DNA from: Asterias rubens
Taxonomy: Eukaryota
DNA length: 64,000 nucleotides
Assembly: GCF_902459465.1 (NCBI RefSeq)
Contig: NC_047062.1
Span: 33,294,001 to 33,358,000 of the forward strand
Direction: 5' to 3'
Part shown: positions 61,001 through 64,000 of the stretch, piece after piece
How the letters are laid out: the number at the start of each line of letters is the position of its first letter
Position numbering within the stretch: position 1 is the stretch's first letter
Notes under the pieces: generated by a model
What the model was told of the DNA's origin: nothing
The model's database searches: none
What the model saw: the letters and a program-made list of their open reading frames with translations, nothing else
Program-made: the position numbers and the translations under genes

Positions 61001-64000
61001 CTCTGCTGCCCCCGCTTTTGTAAAAATGAAAACAGCCTTGCCCTCTCTGAAATTCCATGGCGGCTGTTGAGAATATAAAAGGGCAATCTACAATCGGAGC
61101 CTGTTTGATCATTCAGACCAAGTTCCCTATAAACATAGAAAGGAAAAGTCACATCCACATTAGACTTCATCCTCATCCTGAGCAGGGAAATATAAACATA
61201 GATAGAGAGAGTAGATTACCAGAGCCATAATTGCTCACTTCCGAAACCAGTTGTCCTTTCTCTATGGTTCAACCAAGTAGGGCATTTCAAAATCAGGGTT
61301 CCTTAAAGGTGGTTTGGGGTTTTATTATTTAAAGTTTACTACATTTAACTGAACTAAATGCTAAATGACAGATGTTATGCCTGGCCAAATTTCATCTAAT
61401 TGCAACAGAATTGTGCTTTAATCAAAATAAGGTTACCTGCCAAAATACAAGTTCAAATATACAATCTGTGACTGGTATTACTCGCCCAGTTTTGCTTACA
61501 AGAAACTTGTTAAGCAATATTTTCTGCTCCAATAAATTACAGTTGATTCTTCATCCATATAATGTTCATAATGTCAAAGCAAAGAAAGCCACAAGTAGAA
61601 CTTCTGAACAATTATGTACGCCTACGTACAAAAAAAATTGAAGGTTCATCAGCACTGAATCAAACATCATACAATGTTTGACACTGTTTCCCACTATTGA
61701 CTACTTAAATACTGCTTTAAATAATTGTCCTTTTGATGAAATTATACCGACACTGTTATCTCTTCAACCCATTTTCTTGAGTTCTATTTAAAACGTCACA
61801 TCACATCAATTGAATGTTGTTTCAACAGCTGTTGCCTCACCCCAGTTTTTACAATCTAACACAGACGAATAAACCATTTAACATAACATGACAAGATAAT
61901 GATCATGTAAAAAGATATTTTTATGTGTAAATTCCTCTTTCTATAGGATCCAGTAAAGGATGGGGAGACAGAGTGGAAGTAGAGGAAATCCGACTGTTGG
62001 TGCATTTCCTATGGTTTCCTTGACCTTTTAGGGTTGTTTCCCCTAACACTAGCTCTACTGCCCTCTTGTAATGCAATGCAAGACACAGGAAGCTAGATGA
62101 CGTTGTCAGAGTGTGGTGTTGACCGTGAACATCCTGCCTAACCAGTCACTCTATAAATTACAACACAACACACTCGATCCGCTTTCATTTGCAACATTTT
62201 GAGAACTACACACTGTCTCTCAATACAATCTAGTAGCCATGGAATGTACAATAGTCTTGACTTGTATAGAGTCGTTCCACAGACGTCCAACTTTCACTTT
62301 TGCATGAGGTTGGCTTTTTGTTCATGACACACATAAACACTGTGAATTTAACTCGCATCCTGTGAATCTTAGTCTTCAAACAAGTATTAAGAAACGTCTT
62401 CCTTTTACATCTGATGTCTATTCATTCCTCAATCTTTTCACACCTTTCATGGTCCCAACTTTAAAGAGACTAATCAAATTTCTCGCCTTTTTTTTCTAGG
62501 AATGATTATTGATTCTTTAGTCTGACATCCATCTACCAACCAGACTAAATTTGTATAGAAAAAGCACAATTCATCACTTATTTTATCACCGCAAATTTTG
62601 AGTATGACGCATTATTTTTGTATCAAGGTACTTCAGTGTCTAAATTTAGCTATTTTTAAGACAATTATATTTCTCATAGAACACTAATGAAACAATATTT
62701 TCATCATTGTTATTTTCCGACTGGGTTTCATTATCTCTCATAATTGACACATTTTGTTATTTTGAGTGAGGGCCAATAAAACAAACATGTTTATCCACAT
62801 GAAATTCCTGACACCATCACGCAACGTCTACCCTTTAACGCAATTTAATTCGGCCTTAAATCAATGTATTACTGGGTATGATTTACTGTGTATCCCCAAA
62901 GCGCTTCAAGATGCAAGTTGGCCAAATCAGAGCACATAAGAGAGATAGGGCTGAAGTAATACGGTATGAAGACATCAGTGACTTCCTGTGTTTTTCAGAG
63001 AATTCTAATAAGAAGATGGAAAACTCAAAACGAGATGAATGGGGTACTGTGTCAATCTATCTTTAGTACTCATAGAAAATGACAGGCAAGCAACAACACA
63101 CACATTTATACTTATTATTATAATACAAATTTAGAGTAGACAAAATCACAGGTTCACAGAAAACCACAGCAGGTGTAGCTATTTACTTTGAATCTGGTTT
63201 TATCCCCGGGTGTTTGCAAGGGTTGGCAATTCAAGTGTCAAAAAATCAACAAATTTCCTGGGAGTTTCTCATGAACTATGTGTAGTGTGAAAGAGGTTTT
63301 AAAACACGCTTCTCAGCAATACTTGATAATACCAAGGCGTATGAACAGCCAGTGTACATAATATAATTGATTCAGGATGGATTGCTCTAATGAAGCTCTA
63401 CACAATTGATATCACATGGGGAACTACTGAATCTATGAAATGGATTTTGCAAACATAGCCTCGGGTAACTAACATGTACAAATATGGGTACGTGTGTAGC
63501 CTAGTTAACTTGTGGAATAATAATAGTCACTTTCCCACAATGTGAGGTATGTTGATTCAAACACAAGCCTGATGATTTTGTCAACAGAGGTACTTTTGTT
63601 CCTAATCAAGCTGGGATGGGTCTCAGTACATTGCCCTGATCAGTATAGATGACAAACACATGGTGAAGTAGACATAATCACAGTTAAATCATTTTGCATG
63701 TGTAAATACAGCAAGCTGATGACTGGTTGCCTACTTTATACCTGGTCTGCTACTTCGGTATTTAAATTCAATGACAGTTCAAATATGTACCGACTCCCGA
63801 GCAAGTCCATTTTAAATGAATTCATGTACATCGAACATATCTAACATTTACATCACATGTATTTTCAAGCACAAACTGAACAAACAAAACATTACAGTGC
63901 AGACATCTATAGATTTCAATTATTTTGTTGTGTATTATTACTATAATCAAGGATACATAAATACCAGGGCCAAATTTGTATGTGTATGCCTGATACATGT

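Noticed and set aside
58100-64000. SPRED EVH1 exons or another gene (for example the 178-aa ORF at 59389-59925)
   Set aside because: No EVH1 motifs were found and the ORFs lack recognisable domains or consistent splice phases. The region is treated as SPRED intron with repeats.

Overview
AT-rich (roughly 35% GC), intron-rich animal genomic DNA. Gene content and the SINE/MITE landscape suggest an invertebrate deuterostome, probably an echinoderm such as a sea star (inference). I rebuilt six protein-coding genes by hand from splice sites and reading-frame phase. (1) An APMAP/strictosidine-synthase-like gene (-, 9 exons, 412 aa) whose beta-propeller has lost most of the canonical Ca2+ ligands. 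(2) An unrecognised, probably N-myristoylated disordered protein (+, 453 aa). (3) RBM34 (+, 10 exons), whose last intron is a minor-spliceosome AT-AC intron. (4) ARID4A/B (-, 19 coding exons), tail-to-tail with RBM34. (5) A small orphan gene head-to-head with ARID4 (+, 6 phase-0 exons, 205 aa), with an in-frame upstream ATG blocked by one UGA and a long hairpin just after its stop. (6) The 3' two coding exons of SPRED (-). The rest is introns, long UTR-like sequence, tRNA-derived SINEs, several MITE families and two minisatellites (16 bp and 51 bp). No rRNA, intact tRNA, CRISPR array or autonomous transposon ORF was seen. All calls are by eye, with no database searches.
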